64,000 nt of DNA, taken from assembly GCA_977018835.1 (NCBI GenBank), contig OZ361259.1:3968001-4032000 (forward strand), written 5' to 3'. The DNA is from Minutocellus sp. GHC0000111 (lineage: Eukaryota). The position numbers and the translations under genes are program-made. Shown piece by piece: positions 45,558-57,474 of this stretch. Numbering within the stretch: position 1 is the stretch's first letter; each line of letters starts with the position of its first letter. Below the pieces are notes generated by a model. It was not told the DNA's origin. It ran no database searches and saw nothing but the letters and a program-made list of their open reading frames with translations.

Positions 45558-47133
45558 TCATATCGCAACGTCCCAACCAAGCGTCGTCAGCCTGGCAAAT
45601 TCACGCTCAATTTTCCCTAACAAATCTGGCTTGCTCTCCCATGGATTTCTGCACCCACCAACAAGGTTCATGCTCTGTAAAAGTAGCGTGGTGATGCTAT
45701 GAGTAGCCTCAAGCTTGAGCCAAGGTTCAATTGGGCCAACGTCGAGATTATGCCTCATCTTCAATTGATGAGAATAATGCGCCCACAGTGTATCGGCCTG
45801 TTTCCGATTTGCGCAGACCTTTCGTGCCATGAGCAGGACTTCAAATCTAGGGTCGGCGTAACATGCTTCTTCCCAGTCTAGCACGGAAGAGACGAATGGA
45901 ACTGCGTTCACGTCATATTCCTCTCCTTTGTGACGACGAAGAATGAGGTTCTGAGGTTGCACGTCCATGTGACACAAAGATGCTGGCAGTACATCACTCC
46001 CACTCAAATAAGCACAAGCCTCAGCCTCATCGGCCAACTTTTCAATGCAAATGTGTAGAGCGGAGAGAAGCTTTCCTGTCGTGATATCGATTGAATCTGA
46101 AGTTTGTATTGTTTCAGACATTTTCGTCGCAGCGTCGCAATAAATTGCTACCATATAGAATAAATCGAAACGGATTTGGCTTCATACCACTGGGTCTCCC
46201 AAGAACAACCAAGTCTTCTTCATGTCCACCGAAGCAATCGCATTTGTTTGTAATGTCAGTGGAGGGGAAGAATGCGCTTTGGATGGGTAAAATAACGCTA
46301 TCCAGTACCCGCATGGCGTAATTCAATGCCTGATCCTCCTTCACTCGACCCCATCTTGGGTGAGGCTCGTCGAAGCCATATTCATGCCGTATTTTGACCA
46401 TGTCTTTTGCATATTACCCATCAAATATCCATGGAGAGTTGTGTTCTGGTGATGCACCATTACCATCCCCTTGAAAGTAGCAGCTATCCTCACCCACATA
46501 TGATAAAATTGCCCATGGATTCTCCTCCTCCTTTTGCCGATGCTCAACAGCCTCCACCACATTGTTTGCTTTATCTCTACGATAATCACAAGAAAAGTAA
46601 ATCACTTCTGGTATAATGACCCCGTCAACTTCTGGTGATACTGTCCCTGATGCAGCATTCGATGCACTCGTCGCTGCCCGGGCCATGCGATATCCGGCAA
46701 TTTCCGATCGAGCAATGTCGACAACTCCACCCCTTGTGCCAGACGCATCGTTGGTATTGAGGTTCCACCACCTCGCCGATCCCTTCCAAACCCGTGCAAC
46801 GATTTTATTATTTCCCTTTGCTATTGGTGCTATCTCCTCTCCCCGCTGAGAGCCATGGTCAGTCTCTGAATCGAAGCACAGGGTGAGAATGAAGACCTGC
46901 TGCTGGGCTGATTTCACCTCATCTGAGGATACTACCCTGGCCCTCTTTCCGCAGAGGGATGCCGTCACCTCTACATAGTCAATGATATGCGCTGGGCAAG
47001 GACAGCCCTGCCTCTGGGGAGGTCTCATGGTGCTGGTGCTGGTTCTGGTGCTGAGCAAATAAATGAGTGGCCGCTGGCGGGACGAGGTTGCAGTTTCGGT
47101 CTCGTCATTCTTACGAATTTTCTGGTCCCGCAT
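45558..47133 (-). pseudogene. APH/choline kinase-like phosphotransferase with an in-frame stop and a frameshift
   Basis: LCHMDVQPQNLI and VLDWEEACYADPRFE motifs; in-frame TAA at 46414..46416 between same-frame ORFs; frameshift near 46155. Could be consensus errors. Confidence 0.7.
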
Positions 47134-47256
47134 TTATTTTTGAACACATCATGTGCTCATTTTTGTTGTTCTGCCACGCTTCCCCAACTCGCTAGCGCTC
47201 CTTGACTTGATTGGAGTTACAAGTGACCCACCCTGCTACTCTAGTAGCTAGTCACC

Positions 47257-49386
47257 ATGCCCGGAACGACCATGATCGGCGACTGCCGGTACAACGGCGC
47301 GGCCAGCAGTGTCCTCCCAGCCGATGCCCGGCAAGCCAAGCGTCTGCTGAAAAGTCTCCGGTCCCTCAAAATATCGGCCCGTGCTCTCATCGATGCCGTC
47401 AACATGGTCGACGTCTACCTCCCCTCGGAGCAGGAGGCCGACGGCGGAACGTTCGATCCGGTAATGGCGGCGCTGGCCGCCTCCCGGGCCAAGCGGGAGA
47501 GCGGCGGAGGTGGCGCCTCGGCGGCCATGGCGGCCTTTGCCCCGCCGTCGGCGCACTACACGGACCATCACAAGCGTGCCATTCGGGTGGCGACCGAGAC
47601 GCTTCGGCGGTTGCTGAGGGAGACGTTGGATTCCATGATGGCGGCCGATGCCAAAACAATGGAGCAGTATGACCATCACAAGGGGCTGATCGAAGAGCGG
47701 ATGGGATTGGCGCTTCATTTGGCCGTGGACCGTGCCGTCGATGTGGGCATGGCCGAGCTGGCCAAGGAAGAAGAGAGTGGCGATAAGCAAGAGGGCAGTG
47801 ATCTGAACGGTGATGATGATATGGACAAGAAGAGGTCTGCGTCGAATGACAAGAAGTCCAAAAAGAAGAAGAAGCGACGCCGCAAAAGCAGCAGCGGTGA
47901 AGAAGATGACGACGACGATGCAGCCAGCAAGCGCAGCAATCCACGATTTGATACCACCTCCGAGGATCGAGATCGGACCTTTGCCTTCCGTCGGACCACG
48001 TCGCTATGTTTGGAATCGCTCAGTCTGCAAGTCATGGCCCGCACTACGGTAACGTGGGGTAAGAAGAAGATGTACGAGGTGCATAAGTTGCCCCGACCCC
48101 TCCGACCTGTCGGCGGTGAGAGCGGTGTGCTGGCCGTGCAGAATGCCGTGGAGAGGGAATTCCGTGCCATCTTCCGTGGAGGTGGGGAAGATCAGTGCGG
48201 TATTCGTGTGTATGGGATGTTGCGAAAGATTGCCGGGGCATGTTTGGAGGATGGTATTGAAGAGGGAGAGGAGGAGCAGAAGAATGACGATGCAAAGACA
48301 TACCTTTTCATCCACATGTGCATCGGCAAACCTCTCGATCTGCACGATGAGAATCTTCGAGCACCCAGTGGCGAGAAACGGAAGAAGAAAGCAAATGAAT
48401 TCATTGCCATACTGAGACCAGGATCAACACTCTTTGCCCTTTCGGCGAGTCGGGCTCCCAGCGGTTCGCGCTTTACGAGATTTCTCCTGCCGGCATTGGC
48501 TAGAGCTCTGAGTTCTACCAGCGGAATAACTGCCGACCAGACTTTATCTGCCGAGCGTGTCGGTGACATATCGGGCACGGAGCCTCTGGACCTGCTCCGG
48601 TCGGCGTCCTCTTTTGTTGATGGATCTGCGATAGGAAGGTATTCCAACTACGCCGAAGCAATTGTAGCTGACGGCAAATCATCCAGCGACCCCTTTGCAA
48701 CATCTGCTAGTGGAACAACACATGACCCTCTCGTTGAGATGAACCAAGTGTCAACGGGCACACTTTTGAGCCGAGCAGAGGAAGAGAGGCGACTAGATAC
48801 AGGTATGGCCACATACACATCGTTGACTGCGTGTCATTTGTTAGCATTCAGGGCATACTCACTCAACTTTCTTCTTGCCTGTCCCTCTCTCAATTACGTA
48901 GCCGGTCAACATGGTCAGACTGTATCCAACCTCGCCACCAATATTGCGGGAACGAGCGGTGGATCGTCTTCTCTCGTTGCCGCAAACCAAACAGGCTTAA
49001 TTGTAGATCATAGCGCTGCATCGGGCCGTGCAAAAAAAACGGATGGTAATATCGATTTTGGAAAAGAAGGCGCTTGTCCAAGGCTAGACCGAGTATGCTG
49101 GAAATGGTCTGGGACAACTCGTGCTGCCTCCATGTGCTGGGAGGACGAGGAAGATGCATTCAATGTGGACCATGATACCCAGGGAGATGAGACTGGCACA
49201 AAGTTCAAATGTGGTATTGTAATGGAAGGATCGGACGTGTTTGGTGGCCTTCGAGCCTTAGTAGCTTCCGGTATTGCCAAGGCTCCCCTTCCCAATTATG
49301 TACGTGACGCGGCTACGACAGGCACAAAGACTATTACGGTCGCAGATGGTGCATTTGGTGCCGCGGATTCATTAGCTGCTGTGTGA
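47257..49386 (+). CDS. Hypothetical protein with CENP-N/Chl4-like C-terminus; probable in-frame 99-nt intron 48803..48901
   Basis: C-terminal IVMEGSDVFGGLRALVASGIAKAPLPNYV resembles the Chl4/CENP-N terminal motif; GTATGG...TAG intron with a pyrimidine tract. Confidence 0.6.
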   Translation: MPGTTMIGDCRYNGAASSVLPADARQAKRLLKSLRSLKISARALIDAVNMVDVYLPSEQEADGGTFDPVMAALAASRAKRESGGGGASAAMAAFAPPSAHYTDHHKRAIRVATETLRRLLRETLDSMMAADAKTMEQYDHHKGLIEERMGLALHLAVDRAVDVGMAELAKEEESGDKQEGSDLNGDDDMDKKRSASNDKKSKKKKKRRRKSSSGEEDDDDDAASKRSNPRFDTTSEDRDRTFAFRRTTSLCLESLSLQVMARTTVTWGKKKMYEVHKLPRPLRPVGGESGVLAVQNAVEREFRAIFRGGGEDQCGIRVYGMLRKIAGACLEDGIEEGEEEQKNDDAKTYLFIHMCIGKPLDLHDENLRAPSGEKRKKKANEFIAILRPGSTLFALSASRAPSGSRFTRFLLPALARALSSTSGITADQTLSAERVGDISGTEPLDLLRSASSFVDGSAIGRYSNYAEAIVADGKSSSDPFATSASGTTHDPLVEMNQVSTGTLLSRAEEERRLDTGMATYTSLTACHLLAFRAYSLNFLLACPSLNYVAGQHGQTVSNLATNIAGTSGGSSSLVAANQTGLIVDHSAASGRAKKTDGNIDFGKEGACPRLDRVCWKWSGTTRAASMCWEDEEDAFNVDHDTQGDETGTKFKCGIVMEGSDVFGGLRALVASGIAKAPLPNYVRDAATTGTKTITVADGAFGAADSLAAV

Positions 49387-49530
49387 AGGAAGGCGGCCGT
49401 ATCTCAGAATTACTAGATAATCGCGAATGTAACGTTTTAAGTAATGAATACTACAATATTATATCTCAACACTTATGGGGTTCGATGCCGATCTCTACCT
49501 TCGATTTTACACCCATTTATTGCTAGTACC

Positions 49531-50916
49531 TCACGAACTTTCGAGCCTTCGCCTCTTCAACTTTGGCTTGGCCTGGTATTGGCTATTGTCTGGGGTTCGC
49601 GTGCCGGCAAGACCTTCCGCGATCTTCTCATCACCTGCTTTTGTTCCGTCGCAGATTGAAGGCTGTTCCCTGAGCACATGAAACGCAGCCTGAGCATCGT
49701 CACTGACTCGACTTAGTAAGTCAACCCAAGCAGCTTTCGAACCACCGTCTTTTGAAACCAAAAGATTCCTCATCCCTGCCTTCTCGAGACGGACACCTCT
49801 CCTCACTTCAGCCTTCTGTAAGTACCAATCTGCATCACCTTGGTTGTTAAGGATAAGTGGCTTCCTCTCCCGGAAAGAGAAGAAGCAGGATACCTTCACT
49901 CTTAGTGACGGTTGTTTTTCAACGAGACCAAAGAGCATCTCGGCCATGTCTTGGGTAAACCAAGTTTGTGGGCAGCTTTTCCAGGTGGGAATGGAAATGA
50001 CAAATGGGAAGGAGAGATCAATGATGTTCAGGTTTCCCTTGCTTTCGCCCAGAGTATCTGCAACAACCTTGCAAAACATATGGTTATTTGGAAGACCACG
50101 GAGCGACAACGTTAAGAGCTTTGGATGGCGAAGAATTTTCTGAATGGGCTCAGCAGCGTTCGTGGTGTACAGTGCGTTGCATGTGAGTGCCAGTTGGTCG
50201 AGGTTCCGGATACTGGCAAGCGACTCGAAGAGAGGGTCTACCACGTAGGTTTGCTTCAGCAGATAATCGTGCTGGACAGGAGGCTCGAAATTCAGATTGA
50301 GCCACACTTCTTTTAGTGATGGATGGTCTCGAAGCCTGTCGGCGAGCAGCGAGATGCGGTCCGAACCTTCCACGTTGAGAGGGTCAATTTTCACACGCTG
50401 CAGCTTATCGTTGTCAAACACATCGATTATCTCCGATAAACAGCACTCGTGTTGATCCTCGATCTCAAACGATTCCAGATTTGGTAGCTGCGACAGTGCT
50501 TTGGTCAGCGCAATGGCCTTGTCCCAGGGGAGTGTGCTCCGCAGCTCGTAACGGAAAAAGCCACTGATTTTCACATGCTTAATGGACGTGTTGGATCCAA
50601 CGGCGTTGATGGCCTCGTCGAGATGTCTCTCACATAGACGAATACGCCCAGCATCACCGTCGTGAGACCCAAGATCGGATATACTAAACTCTTCCCACCA
50701 CATCATGAGCGATGCTTCGTCCTCATCTTCTTCCAACTTTGGTTCGCCCAGATCAAAGAAGTGTCTAAGATTGAGCGTGGAAACAGCAGGGTCGTTGTTT
50801 GCGATGCGTTCAAGAAGGCGCGGCTGCTGCTGCTGCTGCTCATCCTCATCGCCGTCATCTTCTTCCTCGGCGTCTTCGAAGACTTCGTCGTTGGGCGGTG
50901 GGTCTTCGTCTGCCAT
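49531..50916 (-). CDS. RNI-like leucine-rich repeat protein
   Basis: RIANNDP...LNL start; LPNLESFEI, HPSLKEVWL, IRNLDQLAL, HPKLLTLSL repeats; C-terminal W..LL......F..LREQPSIC. Confidence 0.75.
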   Translation of the reverse strand: MADEDPPPNDEVFEDAEEEDDGDEDEQQQQQPRLLERIANNDPAVSTLNLRHFFDLGEPKLEEDEDEASLMMWWEEFSISDLGSHDGDAGRIRLCERHLDEAINAVGSNTSIKHVKISGFFRYELRSTLPWDKAIALTKALSQLPNLESFEIEDQHECCLSEIIDVFDNDKLQRVKIDPLNVEGSDRISLLADRLRDHPSLKEVWLNLNFEPPVQHDYLLKQTYVVDPLFESLASIRNLDQLALTCNALYTTNAAEPIQKILRHPKLLTLSLRGLPNNHMFCKVVADTLGESKGNLNIIDLSFPFVISIPTWKSCPQTWFTQDMAEMLFGLVEKQPSLRVKVSCFFSFRERKPLILNNQGDADWYLQKAEVRRGVRLEKAGMRNLLVSKDGGSKAAWVDLLSRVSDDAQAAFHVLREQPSICDGTKAGDEKIAEGLAGTRTPDNSQYQAKPKLKRRRLESS

Positions 50917-51249
50917 AGCGCTTCTGGTGATTGATTGATATCGATCGTGCCGTGTATCGATCGTGCCGTATCTTCTAATCTTTCCTGTCACCGAAAAGTG
51001 GCAAAGACTGGCACAGTCCCCCTTTTCCCTCTTTTGGATTTTCCTCCTGATAAGCTTCCCTTTTTGCCGTTCAGGCACATTATGAAAGATATGCGTGGAA
51101 ATTGCATAAGATAATGCGTTAACGTATTGTCTGGCCTAATAGCTAATTAACTCTGACGGCATCATCATGTACATATCTCGACCGCCAAACCTAACTGCCG
51201 ATTCGAAATTCTACCGTTACTAGATCTAGAGAGATTCATTCAGGTGTGC

Positions 51250-52923
51250 TCAAATGGTGAGGGGCTGATCCTCAACATCGTCCTTCTTCTCCTCACTTTC
51301 CTTATCAGCCGACTCACAGGTCTTTTTGCCCTTTATTTCCGGAGAATCCAGCACAGATCCGACACGGGTAACGTTACCATGAGGATCATTGGGATCAACT
51401 TCGAGCTTGCCGAGCTGTGACATGTCCACCATCGACAGACCACGGCCGAGGTTCTCTGGCTTCGACCATCCATCCTTGATGACCGAGGTGATGGTGGGAA
51501 TGTAATCCTTCTTTCTTGATACACGGCCACCCAAATCCATGAGGGCACCATCCATGGTCACATTTCCACCAAATGCCTTGGAGGCAAGAGCATGCTCGGT
51601 GGGACCACAAAGAAGCAGGTTGGAATGAAGCTTGACGATGTTGACGACAGCCAAAAAGATGCACTGCAAATTCTTCTCCTTCTTGCAGGCGACCATCTCG
51701 GGCAGGAGCTCATCGACGCGACTCAGGATGGCATCATCATCGGTCGTTTCCACGACGGCAAATCCAATATCACCCTGGAATCCAGAGGCATCGAACGAGA
51801 ACGTCTTCTGGTCACCATTGACCAGTGCGGGCGCGCTCATGGTAGCCAATTCCTTGCTCTTGGCCTTGAACTGCTGCGAGGCAAGGAGCTGGATGTCATC
51901 GACCTCGGCAATTTCGGCCAGGACGGCCACCATGAGCCGATCCCAATCGGTCGTGGTGGGGCCCAACAAGTTGAGAGTGTCCGAGAGGATGGCACAAAGG
52001 AGCATACCGGCGACGGGCTTGGACGGACGGCGGTTATGCGTCAAGAATGTATGGGCAATGATGGTACTCATGGAACCCCAGGGGCGGATGCTGAAATGAT
52101 CAAAATGGTATAGAAGATTCGTGTGAGATGTTTTTGCAAACAAAAAAGGGACATCATAAAACACATGTCGTGGCGAATGGCCTCATCGGAATTCAAGTTT
52201 CATTATCTCGCTCAGATGGGGCAGCACAAAGACTGCCGTCGGTATTAGCATGGTTTTGTCCTCATCGAGGGCCGTTTCGCACAACGAAAAAAGAAGCATA
52301 TACATGTGCGTCAGCATCTAAAACACTCACTCAATGTAAATGGGCTTGTCCGTAACAATCGTCTTGGACTGAAGAGCATGATGGTCAATTACGCCCACGA
52401 TTTGATCAACATTGATGGCGGGATTCATCTGAGAAGTCTGCTGATGGTCGACGAGGCAGACCTTGGCATCAGGATTCTCCTTGAGGATGTCCTCAATGGG
52501 ACGGGGGGTCTCGACGCCCCAGTAGTCCAACGCGAACTGCGTCTCGGAGTTCACCTTGCTGGCACTGGCGGGGACGCCCCCGTACAGGGCGGCAGCACCA
52601 ATGGCACCACCGATGGAGTCCAGGTCGGTAACCAAGTGTCCAACAAAGATGACATCCTTGAGCGATTGGGGCATGTAGAGATCGACCTTGGGGACGGAGT
52701 CGTCCTTGGGAAGACTCTCGACGATGAGCTCGGCATCGGCCTCCTTGGCAATGACCTGCTCCTCGACCTCCGTACGCTTACGAACGATATCTCCGTCGTA
52801 CTTTTTCTCGTGGTCGCCGGCGGCCAGCTCGAGCGCCTTGGCGGCGCCAGCGTGATGCGGGTGCTCTTCGGCGGGGGCGTCGATCTTGACCTTCTTGGCG
52901 GGAGGCTGCTCGTCGGTATTCAT
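51250..52923 (-). CDS. ppaC: Family II (Mn-dependent, DHH/DHHA2) inorganic pyrophosphatase, 2 exons
   Basis: GHLVTDLDSI, LVDH, VIDHH, D|IRPWGS across intron 52330..52091, AILSDTL, VSRKKDYIP. Confidence 0.9.
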
Positions 52924-53398
52924 GATGATGATGAATGGTTGTGCCTGATGTTTGTTTGGTTTGGATTTCGTGAGAAAATGACGACCGGCCATGGCCATGG
53001 ACGGACGGCAGGGAAAGACAAGACGCGACAACGTGGCGAAGGGCGTTCTGTCTGTCTGAATGATACGACTAGCTCGACTCGACTCTCATCCCCCCGAGAA
53101 TAATTTCAACTCTTGCTTGTGGTGTGAGACTTTGAGATAGTCTGCTACCGGTACATGCACCGGTACATGCACAGTGTAGGTCTAACCGGTACCAGAACTG
53201 ACCATATAGTAAACTCCATTCATATCCCCACGTAGAAATTTCTATTTCAACAAAGTGCTACCGAATTTGATTCCGTAAGTTGCACTTGTTGAGAGAGTCG
53301 AGTCTCTGCCGGTGGGCTGGGGTGATTTCGTCGTCCTTCCCCCAACCTCAACAAAAATGACGAATCTTGCAAGCAAAATGGCGTCTATACTATGCATA

Positions 53399-54520
53399 TC
53401 AAAACGACTTGACATCCACCTGCAACACCGAGCCACCGCCAACAACATGTACGTTTGGTTGGCCTCCCTTTTTGATCTTCGGCCTTCCACTAGTAGCAAT
53501 ATCGGATTCCTCCTCCGCGATTCCGTGAGCATCCAACACCCTTTGTCGCTCCTTCCTCCACGATGCATCTTGATTATCTTTGTCACTCCAAGACACCGAG
53601 GCGAATTTGTGCTCCACATTTATACCATCAAAGTATGCGGACTCCTCCAGGCATAGCCCAATTGTCTTGGCCTTGGCCTTATCTTCGCTGCTGGAAATGA
53701 TTTTGCTCGCAACTTCGTGCTCACTTTGGAGGACATCGCGGATGGAAGCCGTCAGGACCGGCGGGCCAGTGTAGGCCGCGACAAAATGAGCATCCTTTGG
53801 TACAACCCCGCCATCTTGCTCGACCTTTTCCACCACCCGATCCAGGGCTCGCTTGAAGACGGGATGGCGTGGAGCCGCAGCAAATGCCCAATTTGCAAAG
53901 CTGTTGTAGGACTCCATGGCAACGATGGCTGTACATCCCTCTGTGTGCGCCGGACCTACCCACTCATCGATCGGACGGACGCATTCCGTGTCCACATCGG
54001 CGTAGACACCGCCATAGTAATACATCACTGCCAACCGAAACGTATCGGCTTTCATTACGCCCAACGGAAGCGTGGAAAAGGCCTCGTAGACATTGGGTGG
54101 AAATTTTGTTCGAAAGAATATGTCCACATCGTCATCTGTCGCTATCATGTGCTTCCAAGTTGGATTCTTAGCAATCCATGTTGATACGGTGGCATTGGCA
54201 CGATCGCTAAGCGTCAGCGATCGGGACGTTTGCCATATGAGCCGTGGAATGGCCTCGTAGGACTTTCCGTCAGTCCCGTCGGGTATTGGATCTGGTGGCC
54301 ATTCCAGCAGTGCTGCAACGGGAGACGACACCCGCGAGGACGATACAGCAGTGGCCGATCGATGACCACTTGGTGGGCTGGTACTGCCACCGATAGATGA
54401 AGACACGGCCGAAAACAGCTTGCGCATCGATGTCACAAAACCAAACAACACGACCAGGAAGAGGACGCAGAGGCGGCCTCGGGCCAACCCAGGCCGCCTT
54501 CTTCTCACGTGCGATGGCAT
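53399..54520 (-). CDS. GT32 glycosyltransferase (DXD sugar-binding, OCH1/SUR1-like), type II membrane protein
   Basis: IPRLIWQT, KADTFRLAVMYYYGGVYADVD, NWAFAAAPRHP, TGP motifs; N-terminal TM anchor. Confidence 0.9.
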   Translation of the reverse strand: MPSHVRRRRPGLARGRLCVLFLVVLFGFVTSMRKLFSAVSSSIGGSTSPPSGHRSATAVSSSRVSSPVAALLEWPPDPIPDGTDGKSYEAIPRLIWQTSRSLTLSDRANATVSTWIAKNPTWKHMIATDDDVDIFFRTKFPPNVYEAFSTLPLGVMKADTFRLAVMYYYGGVYADVDTECVRPIDEWVGPAHTEGCTAIVAMESYNSFANWAFAAAPRHPVFKRALDRVVEKVEQDGGVVPKDAHFVAAYTGPPVLTASIRDVLQSEHEVASKIISSSEDKAKAKTIGLCLEESAYFDGINVEHKFASVSWSDKDNQDASWRKERQRVLDAHGIAEEESDIATSGRPKIKKGGQPNVHVVGGGSVLQVDVKSF

Positions 54521-54775
54521 GCTATGAGGGACAGAATTATGCCATATTTTGTGCTATCGTCGACACGACATTGCGGCTGAGGGGTGAGTGTCCAGCAGCA
54601 AGAATTGAATCAACAAATTGATGTGAGGGAGCGTTTGTTAGTTCGTTTGACCGAGGTTTGAGGAGGATGCATCGGCAGTTGGATTGATTGACCAAGCTGC
54701 ATCAAGTGAAAGAAGATCGAAGGGAGGGATAAGTGTTTCAGAAACGTGGCATAAGTGTTAATGCAAACGGCATAA

Positions 54776-56818
54776 TTGTTTGATGAAAAAGCGACGGACA
54801 GACCGATCGATCTCGCTCTCTGCCGCTCGCGCAAACCGCCACAGCTGAGATGCACATGCCCAGCTCCCACTTGCCACTGCCCCCTTTTGGCAGCACTGAG
54901 CAAGGAGCAAGATGCGCCTCATCATGACGGCAGCAAGCTTATTCATTTCGTTTGCGCAGTTCGTGCGAATGGTCGCAATCCAATCTCTTTGGCTCGTCGA
55001 AGCTTGACCGCAATCCGAGCTGGCGCTACCGACGATTATCTGTCCTCGTTATCTCGTCCATTCATGACGAATGCCCATGATCAAAAGCTCACAAAGGCTG
55101 CATATGCTGCAGTAGACAGTGCAAATGTTCCAAATATTGACACAACCAGTGAAGATTACAATTCTCAATCCGTCGCTATTGCCAGAGCCTTCCTCCAAAA
55201 GTCGTGCCCGTCATTCCTATTATCGGACGTATGTAAAGACGAGGACCGGTTGATCAAAATTGGGAGGAGCCTAGCCGATCTAGTCAGCAGATCAAACGAG
55301 GACGAGGGGCCGGCAACGACTTCCGACGAGTTAGAGGATGGTCTTCATCTTCTTGTCGAAGAGTGCTCCCTTTTGGCATCGGATGGAATCCAAGTGCCAA
55401 AGAAGAGATTTGGCAAAACCGAATTAATGATGCCAATTGTATCGCTCGGGTGCATGCGTTTCCAGCAGGCATGGGGCACCAGCATCGAATCAATGGACGA
55501 TGTTACACCCGAGTGTCAGGAGAATCTACTCAGCATTCTACGCCGATCTTTTGCTCTCGGGATAAATCATATCGAGACAGCACGAGGATATGGCTCGTCG
55601 GAGATGCAGATCGGCGAAGCGCTGAAAACTTTGTTTGAGAATGGCGAAGTCAAGCGTGAGGATCTCATCATTCAGACCAAGGTGCCTCTCCGACCGACAG
55701 CGGCAGAATTCCGAGAAGTGATCGAGAGGAGCTTTCGGGAATTGCAGGTTGATTATGTGGATCTTTTAGGTTTACACGGACTCAACCTCGACGAGCAATA
55801 TGACCTGCTGTACAACAACGGCGACAATGGGAATTTGATTGACGTTGTCAGAGAGTACATGTCAAAAGGAAAGGTTCGGCATCTCGGCTTTTCAACTCAT
55901 GCAAGGCCTGATCTCATTCGACGATTTATCGAAACTGGCGATTTTGAATATTGCAACCTACACTATCATTGGTGCGGTTCCTATACAGCCTCTGGCGACG
56001 GCCAATATGGTGGAAATCTTGAAGTCATACGCCTATTGAACAAGATGGATCTCGGCGTCTTTATCATATCCGCATTTGATAAGGGCGGGATGCTTTATGC
56101 GCCATCCAAGAAGCTTCGGTCGCTCACTTTGCCGGACTTGGAGCCAATAGCGTTTGGCTCTCATTTCTTGTGGCAGCATCAGCTATTCGACGCTGATGGA
56201 GCAGATATTCACACAATAAGTTGTGGTGCGGCAAGGCCTAGTGATCTTGACCAACCAGCTGTCGGAGCCCATATGCACGCTCTCAAACCCAGCGAAATGG
56301 AAGAGCGAGTTGATGCCATCAGGAAGCGAATAAGGGCTGCTGAAGAAGCTGCTCTGGGCGCAGACTGGGTCCGTTCATGGTTTCAGGGCCTTCCAAACTT
56401 TCTTGGATCGGAAAGTGCTACTCACCACGGCAACATCGTATGGTTGTATAACTCGATTAATTCGTTTGGGATTTTAGAGTTTGCCAAGGCACGTTATGCA
56501 AGCATGGAAAATAACAGCCAAAAGTGGGATGAATCCTTGTCTAACGAGGAAAACATAAAAAACCTTGGCCCAGCTTGGGGATGGACTCCTGGCACCGCTA
56601 TCAAGCCCGGGAAGGATTACAGCGCCGACTTGATTGCCGTGCCAGAGGCTAACAAAGAGCGGGTAGCAGAGGCTATTGAATTCATTCACAAGTGGTGCTC
56701 TAAAGATCGGCCCGAAGGAGGAGCCGATGATGACGACGGTGCTTCCATCACATCTCCAAAAGAGTGGGAAACAGCCTATGACATGCGACCGTGGACCGCT
56801 TTCCCTGAACGGAGGTAG
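54776..56818 (+). CDS. Aldo/keto reductase family oxidoreductase; 5' end uncertain
   Basis: RFGKTELMMPIVSLGCMRF, GINHIETARGYGSSE, IIQTK, VDYVDLLGLHG, GKVRHLGFSTH. Confidence 0.88.
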   Translation: MFDEKATDRPIDLALCRSRKPPQLRCTCPAPTCHCPLLAALSKEQDAPHHDGSKLIHFVCAVRANGRNPISLARRSLTAIRAGATDDYLSSLSRPFMTNAHDQKLTKAAYAAVDSANVPNIDTTSEDYNSQSVAIARAFLQKSCPSFLLSDVCKDEDRLIKIGRSLADLVSRSNEDEGPATTSDELEDGLHLLVEECSLLASDGIQVPKKRFGKTELMMPIVSLGCMRFQQAWGTSIESMDDVTPECQENLLSILRRSFALGINHIETARGYGSSEMQIGEALKTLFENGEVKREDLIIQTKVPLRPTAAEFREVIERSFRELQVDYVDLLGLHGLNLDEQYDLLYNNGDNGNLIDVVREYMSKGKVRHLGFSTHARPDLIRRFIETGDFEYCNLHYHWCGSYTASGDGQYGGNLEVIRLLNKMDLGVFIISAFDKGGMLYAPSKKLRSLTLPDLEPIAFGSHFLWQHQLFDADGADIHTISCGAARPSDLDQPAVGAHMHALKPSEMEERVDAIRKRIRAAEEAALGADWVRSWFQGLPNFLGSESATHHGNIVWLYNSINSFGILEFAKARYASMENNSQKWDESLSNEENIKNLGPAWGWTPGTAIKPGKDYSADLIAVPEANKERVAEAIEFIHKWCSKDRPEGGADDDDGASITSPKEWETAYDMRPWTAFPERR

Positions 56819-57051
56819 ACACAACAAATCTAAACTGGTGTTGTCGTTGTTTAATAATGAATGACAGTAGAGGACTTTTTCTGCTTGCCTTTCAAGGCTC
56901 GGTCAAGCTGCATGCTGCATTGCTTAAGAGGGCGCTGTCCATAATTTTCCCCGTTTTTAATCCCCTTTATTCTTATTTCTTATGACGAGCGAAGCATGAC
57001 AAAAACTCGACCCCACCATGAGAATCGCCGCTCTGCCCCCTCTTCATTACG

Positions 57052-57474
57052 ATGAAGCGCAGCGCTGATAATAGTGCCGGCCCGGCCCACAACGCAGATA
57101 CGCGGTTGCGGAAACTCAAGACAGATAACTCCGGTCGCCCGATTTTGCCTGTTGACAAGAAGAAAGAGAAGGCGGAGGACAAAGCGAAAGACGCCGTTAC
57201 CGAGATACTGGAGGGCCTCGCCGTCACGTTGGAGAACGACCCGAACGGACAAGGACGAGAATTATGGAACAATCCCGGCGTCGGCCATGCACTTCAACAT
57301 CTTGTCAAAGCAGTCGAGGCTCGCGCTGATAAGTATCATGTTCGGGATGATATTGATGTCGCTGCTGAGCGGCCCGGCCTCGTATTACCTCCACACTGGC
57401 GCCCAACTTTCCAAATCGAACCACCTCTACTTGAATCTTGTCGTACCGTCGAAGGTTTGGTGCCTCGAAATTAA
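57052..57474 (+). pseudogene. 5' fragment of an unknown gene, probably ending at a junction near 57384
   Basis: Protein-like helical sequence up to ...AERPGLV; the remainder is antisense of the converging fragment. Confidence 0.4.

Noticed and set aside
52306..53103. 265-aa plus-strand ORF
   Set aside because: Antisense shadow of pyrophosphatase exon 1.
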